Origin: Synechococcus elongatus PCC 6301
GTDB lineage: Bacteria > Cyanobacteriota > Cyanobacteriia > Synechococcales > Synechococcaceae
Assembly: GCF_000010065.1 (NCBI RefSeq)
Contig: NC_006576.1
Location: 1,830,001 to 1,862,000 of the forward strand
Length of the DNA stretch: 32,000 nucleotides
Direction of reading: 5' to 3'
Position numbers and translations under genes: made by a program. Below, piece after piece: positions 9,872 through 19,521 of this stretch. A model generated the notes under the pieces. The model was given only the letters and a program-made list of their open reading frames with translations. It was not told the origin of the DNA and did no database searches. The first letter of the stretch is position 1; every line of letters begins with the position of its first letter.

Positions 9872-10918
9872 TTAGCGACTGAGAAGTCCAGCAGGCAGTT
9901 GCATCGTGATGCAATGCAGTGAGCCATGTTGCTCCAGGAGTGGCCGACAGTTGATGCCGATCGCGAGGCGATCGGGGAAAGCAGCGGCGATTGCCGCGAT
10001 CGCCGCCTCATCTGCCGGATCGTTGTAAGTCGGTACTAAGACTGCGCCATTGATGACTAAGTAATTGGCGTAGGTTGTCGGCAAGCGCTGACCATCCGCA
10101 TCGAAGCAGGGTTGCGGCCAAGGCAAGGGAATCAAGTGGTAGGGCTGTCCGTCCGCCGCGCGCAAGGCTTTGAGTTCTGCTTCAAGGGCTGTTAGTTCTG
10201 CCGCATGACTGTCACTGGGATCGTCGCAGGCAACGTAAATCAGCGTGTCATTCGGTGCGATCCGCACCAGCGTGTCGATGTGGGCGTCCGTGTCATCGCC
10301 TTCCAAATGGCCATGCTCCAACCAGAGCAGGCGATCGCCCCCCAGTTGTCGCTGGATGATCTGCGCGATCGCCTCGCGGCTCAAGCCCGGATTACGATTC
10401 GCTTCCAGCAAACACTGACTCGTGGTGAGTAGGGTGCCGCGTCCATCACTTTCGATACTGCCCCCTTCAAAAATCAGCGGCACAGTTTCCAGCGGCGTGG
10501 TGCCAAAAATTCCTTGCTGCCAAAGTCGCCGTGTCACTTGGTTGTCGTGGTTGGCGGCAAACTTTAGGCCCCAGCCATTGAAGCCCCAATCCAGCAGTCG
10601 CAGCCCTGCTGGGGTTTCCACCGTCAGCGGCCCAAAATCGCGGCTCCAAGTGTCATTGGTGGGCAGTTCAACAATCTGAATGCGATCGCAATTCGCAGTG
10701 GTCTGCGCCAGTTGTTCTGCCACGCGATCGGGCTCTGGCGTCACGATCAGCAACTGCTCAAAGCGCGTCACTGCTTCCGCTAGGTCACGGTAGACGCGAT
10801 CGACCTGATCCAACAGCGATCGCCAATCACTGTCCGCATGGGGCCAAGCAATCAAAACACCGTCCTGCGCTTCCCATTCCGCTGGAAAACGGCGATCGCT
10901 CTGTTGCCCCTGACTCAT
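9872..10918 (-). CDS. aguA: Agmatine deiminase / peptidylarginine deiminase family protein
   Basis: RRFPAEWEAQDGVLIAWPHADSDW, NDTWSRDFGPL, FEGGSIESDGRGTLLTTSQCLL, GHLEGDDTDAHIDTL, and catalytic region HGSLHCITMQLPAG. Start placed at ATG 10916-10918. Confidence 0.88.
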   Translation of the reverse strand: MSQGQQSDRRFPAEWEAQDGVLIAWPHADSDWRSLLDQVDRVYRDLAEAVTRFEQLLIVTPEPDRVAEQLAQTTANCDRIQIVELPTNDTWSRDFGPLTVETPAGLRLLDWGFNGWGLKFAANHDNQVTRRLWQQGIFGTTPLETVPLIFEGGSIESDGRGTLLTTSQCLLEANRNPGLSREAIAQIIQRQLGGDRLLWLEHGHLEGDDTDAHIDTLVRIAPNDTLIYVACDDPSDSHAAELTALEAELKALRAADGQPYHLIPLPWPQPCFDADGQRLPTTYANYLVINGAVLVPTYNDPADEAAIAAIAAAFPDRLAIGINCRPLLEQHGSLHCITMQLPAGLLSR

Positions 10919-11086
10919 GATTTGACTAGCAAAAAGACCCTTGTTCAGCCTAGCGGCTTCGGTTGTTTGGGTACGGTCGTTCGGTGCGAAATCCCCCCTC
11001 ATCTCGTTCCTAAAACCGAACCATGCTCAAGCGATCGCCTCCCTAGAGTGAGTGTGTCGAGAGCAGTCCGTTAGGGAGACCTCAAA

Positions 11087-11578
11087 ATGGCACTCGTTCG
11101 ATTCAGTCCGCTCTACGAATTTGATCGTGAATTGGGCACCCTCCAACGGCAGATGAGCCGCTTCTTACAGCCGTGGCCTTGGACCGAAGCAGAACTGAAA
11201 GAGTTGAGTTTTGCACCAGCGGTTGAGGTCAAGGAAACGGATGCAGCGATCGAACTTCGGGTTGAGTTGCCAGGGATTGATCCGAAGGATCTCGACCTGC
11301 AAGTCACTGCTGAAGCCGTTGTTCTCAAAGGCGAACGCCGCAGCGAAGACCGGAGCGAAGCTGAAGGTGTGCTGCGCACTGAGTTCCGCTATGGCGCCTT
11401 TGAACGGGTGATTCCATTGCCCGCTCAGGTCAAAAACACCGAAGCACAAGCCGATTATCAAAACGGCATCTTGGTGCTGACGCTACCGAAACGCGACGAA
11501 GAGTTGCACAAAGTCGTCAAGGTCGATCTGGGCCACCTCGCCGCAGCGCCGGTTGCTGCTGAAGCTTGCGAGCGATAG
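11087..11578 (+). CDS. hspA: Small heat shock protein, Hsp20/alpha-crystallin family
   Basis: 163 aa; APAVEVKETDAAIELRVELPGIDPKDLDLQVTAEAVVLKGERR...RTEFRYGAFERVIPLPAQVKNTEAQADYQNGILVLTLPK. Confidence 0.93.
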   Translation: MALVRFSPLYEFDRELGTLQRQMSRFLQPWPWTEAELKELSFAPAVEVKETDAAIELRVELPGIDPKDLDLQVTAEAVVLKGERRSEDRSEAEGVLRTEFRYGAFERVIPLPAQVKNTEAQADYQNGILVLTLPKRDEELHKVVKVDLGHLAAAPVAAEACER

Positions 11579-11613
11579 CGCCATCCACGTTGAGTCCTGC
11601 AATTCGTCATCTT

Positions 11614-11645
11614 CTGGGGCTTTGGGTTAAAGCCCCAGTTTTTTT
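11614..11645 (+). terminator. Rho-independent terminator after hspA
   Basis: CTGGGGCTTT (11614-11623) / AAAGCCCCAG (11629-11638) followed by a T7 run. Confidence 0.93.
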
Positions 11646-11674
11646 GTTGGTTTCCCGTCCCGAACTGCCGTAGA

Positions 11675-12868
11675 TTGACCTTGACATCGCAGCAAGTTCA
11701 AGAGGGTGCCGTGCCACTGCTGGAAGGACTGATTGGAGTCGGAATCGCGATCGCCGCGATCGGGGTTGGCCTCGAAGTGCAGTACCAACGGCGTGAGGGC
11801 AACAAACTCGAAGTCACCAACGGTCAGTGGCAGACCGATCGCAGTCCGGGTCGCTTGCAGTTGACCGGCCGGATTGAGCTGATCAACCGCACTCGCAAGC
11901 TGGAAATTATGGTGCCGGAGCTGGTTGCCAAAGCGAAGTTACTGTCCAAGCAAAGTCTGGAAGGGATTCGTTGGCAAACGCGGGTTGTGCCGGAGCACGA
12001 AGATGCGGCAGCCCGTGCCAATGACTACTGGTTTGCCTACATCGTCAAAAAACGCACCACAATTCGTGTCGAACTAGACATTGAAGGGCCAGAAGACGCG
12101 ATCGCAGCCTTGGAATCGGCTTGGCTGCAACTGCGCTACGTCACCTATGGCCCCCAGGGGCGAATTCCGCGCCGTAAACACATCGTCTTGGCGCTGAAAG
12201 AACTGGAACTCGATACCGCGCCAACTTGGCGATCGCTCTCCCAAACTGATCGTCTGCCGATTAAAACCCATCTGCTGACGCCGCAGGACGATCCAGTTGA
12301 GGTCGTCAAACGCTACGTCTTGCCCTACAGTCAGCCCGGCGACCTGCTGGCGATCGGCGAAACACCGCTGGCGATTATGCAGGAGCGCTTCCGTCATCCC
12401 CGCGATATCAAACCCGGCTGGGTGGCGCGCCACGTCTGCTACTACTTCCAACCGACATCCAGCTTGGCGACGGCAGTGGGACTGCAAACGCTGGTCGATG
12501 CGGTCGGACCGTGGCGGGTGTTCGGGGCGTTCCTCGGTGGCGTCTTGCTGCGGTTGGTTGGCAAACGTGGCGGCTTCTACATCCTTGCCGGTGAACAAGC
12601 GCGGCTGATTGATGATGTGACTGGCAGCTTGCCGCCCTACGATCAATTTGTGGTGCTGGGACCACAAGATCCGCAAGCGGTTGTCGATCGAATTGAACGA
12701 GAAACTGGCCTGAAAACAGCGATCGTCGATGTCAATGACCTGAAAGCGGTGAAGATTTTGGCGGCGAGTGCTGGGTTACCAACCGCTGTTCTGGAATCCG
12801 CTTTGCGCGACAATCCGGCTGGCAATGCCGATGAGCAAACGCCGATTGTGTTGGTGCGGCCTCGCTAG
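11675..12868 (+). CDS. Conserved membrane-anchored protein with a possible F420-0:gamma-glutamyl ligase (CofE)-like domain
   Basis: TM-like GLIGVGIAIAAIGVGLEV, then LPIKTHLLTPQDDPVEVVKRYVLPYSQPGDLLAIGETPLAI...GPWRVFGAFLGGVLLRLVGKRGGFYILAG...TGLKTAIVDVNDLKAVKILAAS. TTG start as in the track; a GTG near 11711 is an alternative. Confidence 0.6.
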   Translation: MTLTSQQVQEGAVPLLEGLIGVGIAIAAIGVGLEVQYQRREGNKLEVTNGQWQTDRSPGRLQLTGRIELINRTRKLEIMVPELVAKAKLLSKQSLEGIRWQTRVVPEHEDAAARANDYWFAYIVKKRTTIRVELDIEGPEDAIAALESAWLQLRYVTYGPQGRIPRRKHIVLALKELELDTAPTWRSLSQTDRLPIKTHLLTPQDDPVEVVKRYVLPYSQPGDLLAIGETPLAIMQERFRHPRDIKPGWVARHVCYYFQPTSSLATAVGLQTLVDAVGPWRVFGAFLGGVLLRLVGKRGGFYILAGEQARLIDDVTGSLPPYDQFVVLGPQDPQAVVDRIERETGLKTAIVDVNDLKAVKILAASAGLPTAVLESALRDNPAGNADEQTPIVLVRPR

Positions 12869-12925
12869 CGATCGCCCCGGATCCGCAAGCTAAGATCAAG
12901 GTCACGCCGCGCTGTCAAACCACTG

Positions 12926-14104
12926 ATGTCAACTCTGATCAACAACGCTGAATCAGTGCAAATTCGGCCGCTCCAATACCGTGATCTAACCTGGCTAGAA
13001 CCCTACTGGCAGAGCGATTGCAGTGGTGGCATCAGTTGGGATACGCTGCAGCGCTGGTTCCCGCGGCTCAAGCTTCTCAGCACCTTCCCCAATCCGGCCC
13101 GTCATCTGGCGGCGATCGCCGTTGCGGAATCGGGCCAAAAACCCTGCGGCGCGATTCAAATCAGTCCGTTTAACCACAGCCGCAGCACTTGGCGGATCGA
13201 TCGCGTCTTGGCACTCCTCCCAAGCCTCAGCGAGGGCCAGTCGCTCACTCTGGCCCAAGATGTAGGCATTCGCCTACTGCGTCACTGCCTCGAAACGGTG
13301 TGGGAAGCCCGCACTTGGGTGGGTGAGGTTGACAGCAGCGATCAATCGCTGATTGCTCTCTATCGCCAAACCGGATTTCAGCCCCTCGCTCAGCTCAACC
13401 ACTGGAGCTTGTCGCCTGCGCAGTTAGCAACCTTGGCGCAGCGTGAGCCGGATCTCCCCAATCTGTTGCCCGTCAGCAATGTCGATGCGGGGCTGCTCTA
13501 CCAGCTCGACACGGTATCGATGCCACCGCTGTTGCGGCAAACCTTCGATCGCCACGTCGATGACTTCCGGATTAGTTTGCTGCGCCGCTGGAGTATTGGC
13601 TTTTGGCAGTGGCTGAATGGCCACCATCGTTGCAGTGGCTATGTGTTTGAACCGCAGCGCAAAGCCGCGATCGCCTATTTCCATCTGCAGATTGCCGAAG
13701 ACAGCAGCCAGAATCACGTGGCTCGTTTGACGGTGCATCCGGCCTACACCTGGCTCTATCCCGAGTTGATTGCCCACATGGCCCGCCTGTTGGCCTCCTG
13801 TCCGGCTGCTGACTTGCACCTCTCCTCGGCGGACTACCAGCCGGAGCGGGAGGAATACCTCAAACAAATTGGTGCGGAACATCAAGGCCAACGCTTACTG
13901 ATGGCGCGATCGGTTTGGCACAAGCTGCGGGAAACGCGCTTCGTCTCGCTAGAAGGCCTGCAGCTAGCCGATGTCTTCAATGGCTTACAGCCAGGACGTG
14001 CTCCTGCCCCCGGTCGGATTGGCAGCACCGCTCCCGTTCCGATTCGGACTCGCAATGCAGAACCGCTGCTGAGCACGGGTTGGGATCTACCGCCCGTCCT
14101 GTAA
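12926..14104 (+). CDS. GNAT-family N-acetyltransferase-like protein
   Basis: 392 aa; IRPLQYRDLTWLEPYW, WEARTWVGEVDSSDQSLIALYRQTGFQPLAQLNHW. Confidence 0.65.
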   Translation: MSTLINNAESVQIRPLQYRDLTWLEPYWQSDCSGGISWDTLQRWFPRLKLLSTFPNPARHLAAIAVAESGQKPCGAIQISPFNHSRSTWRIDRVLALLPSLSEGQSLTLAQDVGIRLLRHCLETVWEARTWVGEVDSSDQSLIALYRQTGFQPLAQLNHWSLSPAQLATLAQREPDLPNLLPVSNVDAGLLYQLDTVSMPPLLRQTFDRHVDDFRISLLRRWSIGFWQWLNGHHRCSGYVFEPQRKAAIAYFHLQIAEDSSQNHVARLTVHPAYTWLYPELIAHMARLLASCPAADLHLSSADYQPEREEYLKQIGAEHQGQRLLMARSVWHKLRETRFVSLEGLQLADVFNGLQPGRAPAPGRIGSTAPVPIRTRNAEPLLSTGWDLPPVL

Positions 14105-14110
14105 AAACCG

Positions 14111-14560
14111 ATGCCTTACTACGCTGCCTTGGGCCTCGATGTGGGTCGCCGCCGCATTGGGGTGGCGGGTTGCGATCGCCTCGGGATTACTGTGCAAGGA
14201 CTGACCACGATCGTCCGGCGCGATTTTGCCAGTGATGTCGCCGCGATCAGTGCGATCGCCAAAGAACGGCAGGTGGAACTGCTGGTGATTGGTTTGCCCT
14301 ACTCGATGGATGGCAGCCTCGGTTCGCAAGCCAAGCAGACGCAACGCTTTGCCACCCGTTTGAGTAAGGCGCTGCAACTGCCGATTACGTACGTCGATGA
14401 GCGGCTGACCTCCTTTGAAGCCGAAGAGATGATCAAGGCTGTAGGGCGATCGCCCTCTCGTGATAAAGGCGCGATCGATCGCAAGGCAGCTGCGCTGATT
14501 CTGCAACAATGGTTGGACGAGCAGCGGGAGCCCCGCCGCTTCGGTTCCACTCAACACTGA
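14111..14560 (+). CDS. ruvX: Holliday junction resolvase-like protein (RuvX/YqgF)
   Basis: YYAALGLDVGRRRIGVAGCDRLG, VELLVIGLPYSMDGSLGSQAKQTQRFA, ITYVDERLTSFEAEEMI, KGAIDRKAAALILQQWLDE. Confidence 0.9.
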   Translation: MPYYAALGLDVGRRRIGVAGCDRLGITVQGLTTIVRRDFASDVAAISAIAKERQVELLVIGLPYSMDGSLGSQAKQTQRFATRLSKALQLPITYVDERLTSFEAEEMIKAVGRSPSRDKGAIDRKAAALILQQWLDEQREPRRFGSTQH

Positions 14561-14565
14561 GTCCC

Positions 14566-15093
14566 ATGGAAGACGTCCCCACGCTCTTAGTTCAGGATGA
14601 CGCTGGCCGAACGCTGCTCTGCGATCTAGAGCATCTCGTGCCGATCGATGGGCAAGAGTACGCCTTGCTCATGCCAGTTGACACGCCGGTTTCCCTGTTC
14701 GCTTGGGATGGCGAAGATGAGGACGAGCCACCTCGTTTGGTAGAAGACGAATCAGAAGTTGAGGCGGTTTGGCCAACGGCCAGCGCTGTTTTGCAAGAGC
14801 AGAACCTGACGCTGATTAACTCTGCAGTCACCCTCACCGTCGAAGGTGAACTTCCCGATCTCGAAGATGAAGACGAAGAGTCAGACTTCGAAGAAGACGA
14901 GGAAGTGGAAGAAGAATTCATCCATTTAGTCAGCTTCTACCACGAGGAGCAGGAGTATTCCTTCTTCGTGCCCCTTGAGCCGATCTACGTCGTGGCACGG
15001 CTAGTTGATGGCGAAGCGAAGCTGCTGACGCCGGAAGAGTTTGAGGCGATCGAGGAACGCCTAACCGCCGAACTCGATGAGCGGATGGCTTAA
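14566..15093 (+). CDS. DUF3727-type cyanobacterial/plastid conserved protein with an acidic linker
   Basis: MEDVPTLLVQDDAGRTLLCDLEHLVPIDGQEYALLMPVDTPVSLFAW...LPDLEDEDEESDFEEDEEVEEEF...EEFEAIEERLTAELDERMA. ATG at 14566. Confidence 0.7.
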   Translation: MEDVPTLLVQDDAGRTLLCDLEHLVPIDGQEYALLMPVDTPVSLFAWDGEDEDEPPRLVEDESEVEAVWPTASAVLQEQNLTLINSAVTLTVEGELPDLEDEDEESDFEEDEEVEEEFIHLVSFYHEEQEYSFFVPLEPIYVVARLVDGEAKLLTPEEFEAIEERLTAELDERMA

Positions 15094-15096
15094 CCC

Positions 15097-15648
15097 ATGA
15101 CCCGAGATCATCTCCTTCAGCCCGACTTGGTCGTGCCCGGTTCGATTTTGCAGTTGCAGGCTGAGCCGCTGCTGGCCGCAGGTCTGCAGGGGTTGATCTT
15201 GGATGTCGATGAAACGCTGGTACCGACGATGAGCCGCGAGATCTCTGAGGAGCTGCGGCACTGGATTGCGGAAATGAAGCAGTCCTTCTCGCTCTGGTTA
15301 GTCAGCAACAACCTGAGTCAGTCGCGGATTGGCGCGATCGCTGCCGCTTTGGACTTGCCTTACTTTCTGGCCGCTCGCAAGCCCTCTCGCCGCAAGATTC
15401 GTCAGGCGGCAGAAGAAATGGGACTGGATCTCGAACGCGTTGGCGTCGTGGGCGATCGCCTGTTCACCGACGTTTTGGCGGGCAACCGCCTCGGGGTGTT
15501 TACCGTACTGGTGGAGCCGATGGTCTTGCCCTCATCGCTGCCCCGGAGTCATTGGTGGCGCAACCTTGAGGTGCAGATTTCACGGGTACTCGGGGCCAAA
15601 CTCCATCCCAGCCCTCTGCCGACTCGCGGGATGTTAAGTAAATCTTAG
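15097..15648 (+). CDS. YqeG family HAD-IIIA-type phosphatase
   Basis: LQGLILDVDETLVP, LWLVSNNLSQSRI, ARKPSRRKIRQAAEEMGLDLERVGVVGDRLFTDVLAGNRLGVFTVLV. ATG-less start as given in the track (atgacccga at 15094-15102 region). Confidence 0.88.
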   Translation: MTRDHLLQPDLVVPGSILQLQAEPLLAAGLQGLILDVDETLVPTMSREISEELRHWIAEMKQSFSLWLVSNNLSQSRIGAIAAALDLPYFLAARKPSRRKIRQAAEEMGLDLERVGVVGDRLFTDVLAGNRLGVFTVLVEPMVLPSSLPRSHWWRNLEVQISRVLGAKLHPSPLPTRGMLSKS

Positions 15649-15737
15649 AAAGGTTTCCCATAGACAAAAAGTTTGAGATCGTTGATCACGATTGAAATGG
15701 GGCAATGCAAGATAAATGCCCTAACCGATAAGAAACC

Positions 15738-15768
15738 GAGGTGTTGTCCCTAGGGCAGCACCTCTTTT
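15738..15768 (+). terminator. Terminator-like hairpin in the 15649-15886 intergenic region
   Basis: GAGGTGTTGTCCC TA GGGCAGCACCTC followed by TTTT (one bulge and one G-U pair). Confidence 0.7.
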
Positions 15769-15886
15769 AACAGCGAGCTGCTGCTGAGCCAAGCCGCGAT
15801 CGCAGTAAATTCCAGCCTGCAGCCCCTGTCAAAGCCCCGTCACAGGCCATACTTTTATTGACGCAGACTTTCTCAGAGCGCCAAGT

Positions 15887-16138
15887 ATGCCGAGAACGCC
15901 GAACGAGTACGCTATCCACCTGCTCTTTGAAGGCGGTCACCGCGAAGAAATCCGTTTCCACAATCTGCAAGAGTTTCAGCGCTGGTATAGCAACGACTTT
16001 CTGCCGAAGCATGAGTCCAAGGAACTGATCAATATCCCGATCAAGAACATCCAAGGCGAGTACATGGTGGCGCGCCCCAGCAGCATCATGGCGATGCGGG
16101 TAGAGCCGATCTTTAACTCCAGCGTTGAGCGCTTCTAA
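15887..16138 (+). CDS. Conserved hypothetical cyanobacterial protein, 83 aa
   Basis: MPRTPNEYAIHLLFEGGHREEIRFHNLQEFQRWYSNDFLPKHESKELINIPIKNIQGEYMVARPSSIMAMRVEPIFNSSVERF; independent ATG ORF in a protein-coding-like context. Confidence 0.7.
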   Translation: MPRTPNEYAIHLLFEGGHREEIRFHNLQEFQRWYSNDFLPKHESKELINIPIKNIQGEYMVARPSSIMAMRVEPIFNSSVERF

Positions 16139-16191
16139 GGCTGAGGAGATCGCGTCAGGGCTAGGCTGTTAGCACTGTCTGCCCTGTTTGC

Positions 16192-17973
16192 ATGGATTCT
16201 GGACTCGACACCACCCTCCTGCTGATTGTGACCGTGGCTGCGGGTATTGCCGCGCAGGTCTTGGCCAGTTGGGCGAAGTTGCCGGGAATTGTCTTCCTGT
16301 TGCTGACTGGCTTGCTGCTCGGCCCCGATGGCTTGAACTGGGTGCAGCCTGAGCAGTTGGGGGAAGGGCTAGAGACCCTAGTCAGCCTCAGTGTGGCGCT
16401 GATCCTGTTTGAAGGTGGACTTAGCCTTGATCTGCGCAACCTCCTACAGGTATCGGGTAGCCTGCGCAATCTGATCACGCTGGGCGCGGGTATCACGATT
16501 CTGGGCGGTGCGATCGCAGCTCATCGCTTCAGTGAGTTTCCTTGGCCGCTGGCCTTCCTCTACGGCGCGATCGTCGTTGTGACTGGCCCGACGGTGACGA
16601 CACCGCTGCTGCGGCAAGTGCAAGCAGACCCCAAGGTCTCGACCCTGCTAGAAGGCGAAGGCGTCCTGATCGATCCGATCGGCGCGATCGTGGCTGTGGT
16701 GGTTCTCAACTTTGTCCTGAGCGGCAGTCAGGATGTGGGGTTGGTGCTGGAAGGACTGATCCTGCGGCTCGTCGTTGGGGCGATCGCGGGCAGTGTGGGT
16801 GGCGGACTGCTGGCACTGTTCCTCCGCCAAGTCCGTTTTCTCTCCGAGGAATTACGAACCCTCGTCGTCTTAGCCGCACTCTGGGCGATCTTTGGGGCAG
16901 CTCAAGCCGTTGTCAGTGAGGCGGGATTGCTGGCGGTGGTGATTGCGGGTTTGTTGCTGCGGGCTGTGGCGATTCCCGACTTGGAGGCGATTAAGACCTT
17001 CAAGGGACAGCTAACGACCCTAGCGATCTCGATTCTGTTTGTCTTGCTGGCAGCGGATCTCTCGATCGCGAGTCTATTTGCCTTGGGGTGGGGCGGCCCT
17101 TTGACTGTGTTGGCGCTGATGTTGCTGGTGCGCCCGCTCAGCATTGGCCTCTGCACTTGGGGCAGCGATCTGAATTGGGCGCAAAAGGCGTTTCTGAGCT
17201 GGATTGCGCCGCGTGGGATTATTTCCGCTTCGGTGGCCTCGCTGTTTGCGATTCTACTGACCGATCGCGGCTTAGCCGGTGGCGCAGCGATTAAGGCGCA
17301 GGTCTTTTTAACGATTTTGATGACGGTCTTCTTGCAAGGACTTTCAGCCAAGACCGTGGCGAAAAAGCTCGGTGTTTTGGATCGACCCGAGCAAATTGTT
17401 CTGGTTGGCGATGACCTCGAGCTACGACTGCTCGCCATCTTGTTGGAGCAAAACAAGCAGCCTCACCAAGCGATCGCTACCGTCCCAGAGGAACCTGACT
17501 GGGAGAGCGAGAGCATCACGCTGCTACTCGGTCGCGATCAGTCCACTCCTGCGGAGCAGACAGGGCTGACCGTGGTGGATCTCTGCCCACTCGACGATCG
17601 CGCCCATCTCTACAGCACCCAGATCAGTGCTGACCTTTGGCAGCAACGGTTACAGGAGCAGCGCTGTGAACTATTCCAAATTGAGCTGAGCGATCGCCAA
17701 GCCGTGCAGCAGTGGCAACAGGCGCTGGAAGCTGATCGGATTTTGCCCTTGCTGCACCAACGGGGGGAAGGCTGGGAACTCGCCCTTTTACCCGCCGTGG
17801 CGGAAACCGGCGATCGCTTTTGGGGATTGAGTCGCGATCGCCAGTTAGCGCTGGACGAGATTGAGTGGCAGGACTGGCCTGCCGATTGGTCGTCTAGCCC
17901 TGAGCCGCCGCGATCGCAGCCTGAAGACGCGGTTGAGCTTGCCCCGCCTGATGCAGCAACACCCAGCTCGTAA
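16192..17973 (+). CDS. Na+/H+ (cation/proton) antiporter, CPA family, with C-terminal regulatory domain
   Basis: 593 aa with about 12 hydrophobic segments; [76 protein letters not shown], followed by a soluble domain beginning [18 protein letters not shown]. Confidence 0.88.
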   Translation: MDSGLDTTLLLIVTVAAGIAAQVLASWAKLPGIVFLLLTGLLLGPDGLNWVQPEQLGEGLETLVSLSVALILFEGGLSLDLRNLLQVSGSLRNLITLGAGITILGGAIAAHRFSEFPWPLAFLYGAIVVVTGPTVTTPLLRQVQADPKVSTLLEGEGVLIDPIGAIVAVVVLNFVLSGSQDVGLVLEGLILRLVVGAIAGSVGGGLLALFLRQVRFLSEELRTLVVLAALWAIFGAAQAVVSEAGLLAVVIAGLLLRAVAIPDLEAIKTFKGQLTTLAISILFVLLAADLSIASLFALGWGGPLTVLALMLLVRPLSIGLCTWGSDLNWAQKAFLSWIAPRGIISASVASLFAILLTDRGLAGGAAIKAQVFLTILMTVFLQGLSAKTVAKKLGVLDRPEQIVLVGDDLELRLLAILLEQNKQPHQAIATVPEEPDWESESITLLLGRDQSTPAEQTGLTVVDLCPLDDRAHLYSTQISADLWQQRLQEQRCELFQIELSDRQAVQQWQQALEADRILPLLHQRGEGWELALLPAVAETGDRFWGLSRDRQLALDEIEWQDWPADWSSSPEPPRSQPEDAVELAPPDAATPSS

Positions 17974-19339
17974 GCAGATCGGGCCCCTGCATCGAACCCA
18001 TCAGGGCTGCCCGCAGCGATCGCATACCGATGCCTTTTTTGACACCGGCGGCTTTGACCGCTTGATCGATCAGCCCTTTCGCAACTTCGAGGGTCAGGGC
18101 TTCGCTGGGGAGTGCCTCAAGGATTTGCTGGAGCACTGCTTTACTGCCTGCTTGACCCAGTTGGGCGATCGCATCTTCTTGCAGTTCGATCCCCTGACTG
18201 AAGAAGAGCTGGCTTTGGCCGACGATATCCGTCAAGGTCACGAGGCTGGGACCCAAGAGAGTCGCCAATTCTTCCAGCCAAGCCGCAGGATAGGCTGCTG
18301 TATCGACCCCGGCCTTGCTCCAGAACGGTTGCAGCAGTGCCACCAACTCACTCGCGGATTTCTCCTTGATCACCTGACTGTTGAGCCAGTTGAGTTTGTC
18401 CCAGTCGAATTTGGCACCGGCTTTGTTGACGCGATCGAAGTCAAAGACGGTCGCTGCCTCCGCCAGACTAAAGCGCTCATCCATGCCTTCCACGGGCGAC
18501 CAGCCCAACAGGGTCATGTAGTTGGCGATCGCCTCGGGCAGATAGCCCAAGTTTTGGAAGTCGGAGATGGAGGTGACGCCATCACGCTTCGAGAGTTTGC
18601 GGCCTTCCTTGTTGAGGATCAGTGGCGTGTGCGCAAACTCGGGCACCGCAGCACCCAGCGCTTCGTAGAGCAGGATTTGCTTGGCGGTGTTAGCGATGTG
18701 GTCTTCGCCGCGAATGACGTGGCTGATCGTCATGTCGATGTCATCGACCACGACCGCGAGGTTGTAGAGCGGCTGACCGATCGTGCCAGCGGGACTGCGG
18801 CGGGCAATCACCATGTCGCCCCCGAGGTCACTGCCTTTCCAGACGACGCGATCGCGCACTAAGTCTGTCCAAGCGATTTCGCGATCGTCATCAATGCGGA
18901 AGCGAATCACCGCCTCGCGGCCTTCGGCTTGAAATGCGGCTTCTTGCTCCGGCGTCAGGTCGCGGTGGCGGTTGTCGTAGCGCGGGGCTTCATTGCGGGC
19001 GCGTTGCGACTCGCGCAGGGCTTCCAGTTCGGCTTCGGTGCAGTAGCAGCGATAGGCTTTGCCACTGTCGAGCAATTGCTGCACGGCGGCTTTGTAGAGG
19101 TCGAGCCGCTGGGTTTGGTAGAACGGGCCTTCGTCCCAGTTCAAGCCCAGCCACTGGAGGCCGGTCAGGATGTTGTCGGTGTATTCCGATCGCGATCGCT
19201 CGAGGTCTGTATCTTCGATGCGCAGGATGAACTGGCCCTGATGCCGCCGCGCAAACAACCAGTTGAAGACGGCAGTGCGGGCCGTGCCAATGTGGAGGTT
19301 GCCGGTGGGGCTAGGAGCAATGCGAACGCGAACTGACAC
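17894..19339 (-). CDS. gltX: Glutamyl-tRNA synthetase
   Basis: [67 protein letters not shown] start at 19339 preferred over the track TTG at 19354. Confidence 0.96.
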   Translation of the reverse strand: MSVRVRIAPSPTGNLHIGTARTAVFNWLFARRHQGQFILRIEDTDLERSRSEYTDNILTGLQWLGLNWDEGPFYQTQRLDLYKAAVQQLLDSGKAYRCYCTEAELEALRESQRARNEAPRYDNRHRDLTPEQEAAFQAEGREAVIRFRIDDDREIAWTDLVRDRVVWKGSDLGGDMVIARRSPAGTIGQPLYNLAVVVDDIDMTISHVIRGEDHIANTAKQILLYEALGAAVPEFAHTPLILNKEGRKLSKRDGVTSISDFQNLGYLPEAIANYMTLLGWSPVEGMDERFSLAEAATVFDFDRVNKAGAKFDWDKLNWLNSQVIKEKSASELVALLQPFWSKAGVDTAAYPAAWLEELATLLGPSLVTLTDIVGQSQLFFSQGIELQEDAIAQLGQAGSKAVLQQILEALPSEALTLEVAKGLIDQAVKAAGVKKGIGMRSLRAALMGSMQGPDLLTSWVLLHQAGQAQPRLQAAIAAAQG

Positions 19340-19521
19340 AGTGATTTCCAACAACGGGCTTCAGTTCTCGATCGTACGGTGTTGCGGCAGCTGCTTGTAA
19401 AGTCATCAACAAAAGGACTACCACTAGTAGCCATGCTTTTAAAAATAGCTAAATCGCAACTATTTTATGATACTTTTTCCTCTTCAGGATTGACAGATAT
19501 ATACAATAGTCTCGAAGCAAT

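Noticed and set aside
11003-11086. CIRCE operator upstream of hspA
   Set aside because: No TTAGCACTC-N9-GAGTGCTAA match is visible in the upstream region.
12074-12676. 200-aa minus-strand ORF
   Set aside because: Antisense to the well-formed 397-aa CofE-like ORF; shadow ORF.
14087-14557. 156-aa minus-strand ORF
   Set aside because: Antisense to ruvX, which has all expected motifs.
17861-18862. 333-aa plus-strand ORF
   Set aside because: Antisense to gltX, no domain recognisable; shadow ORF.
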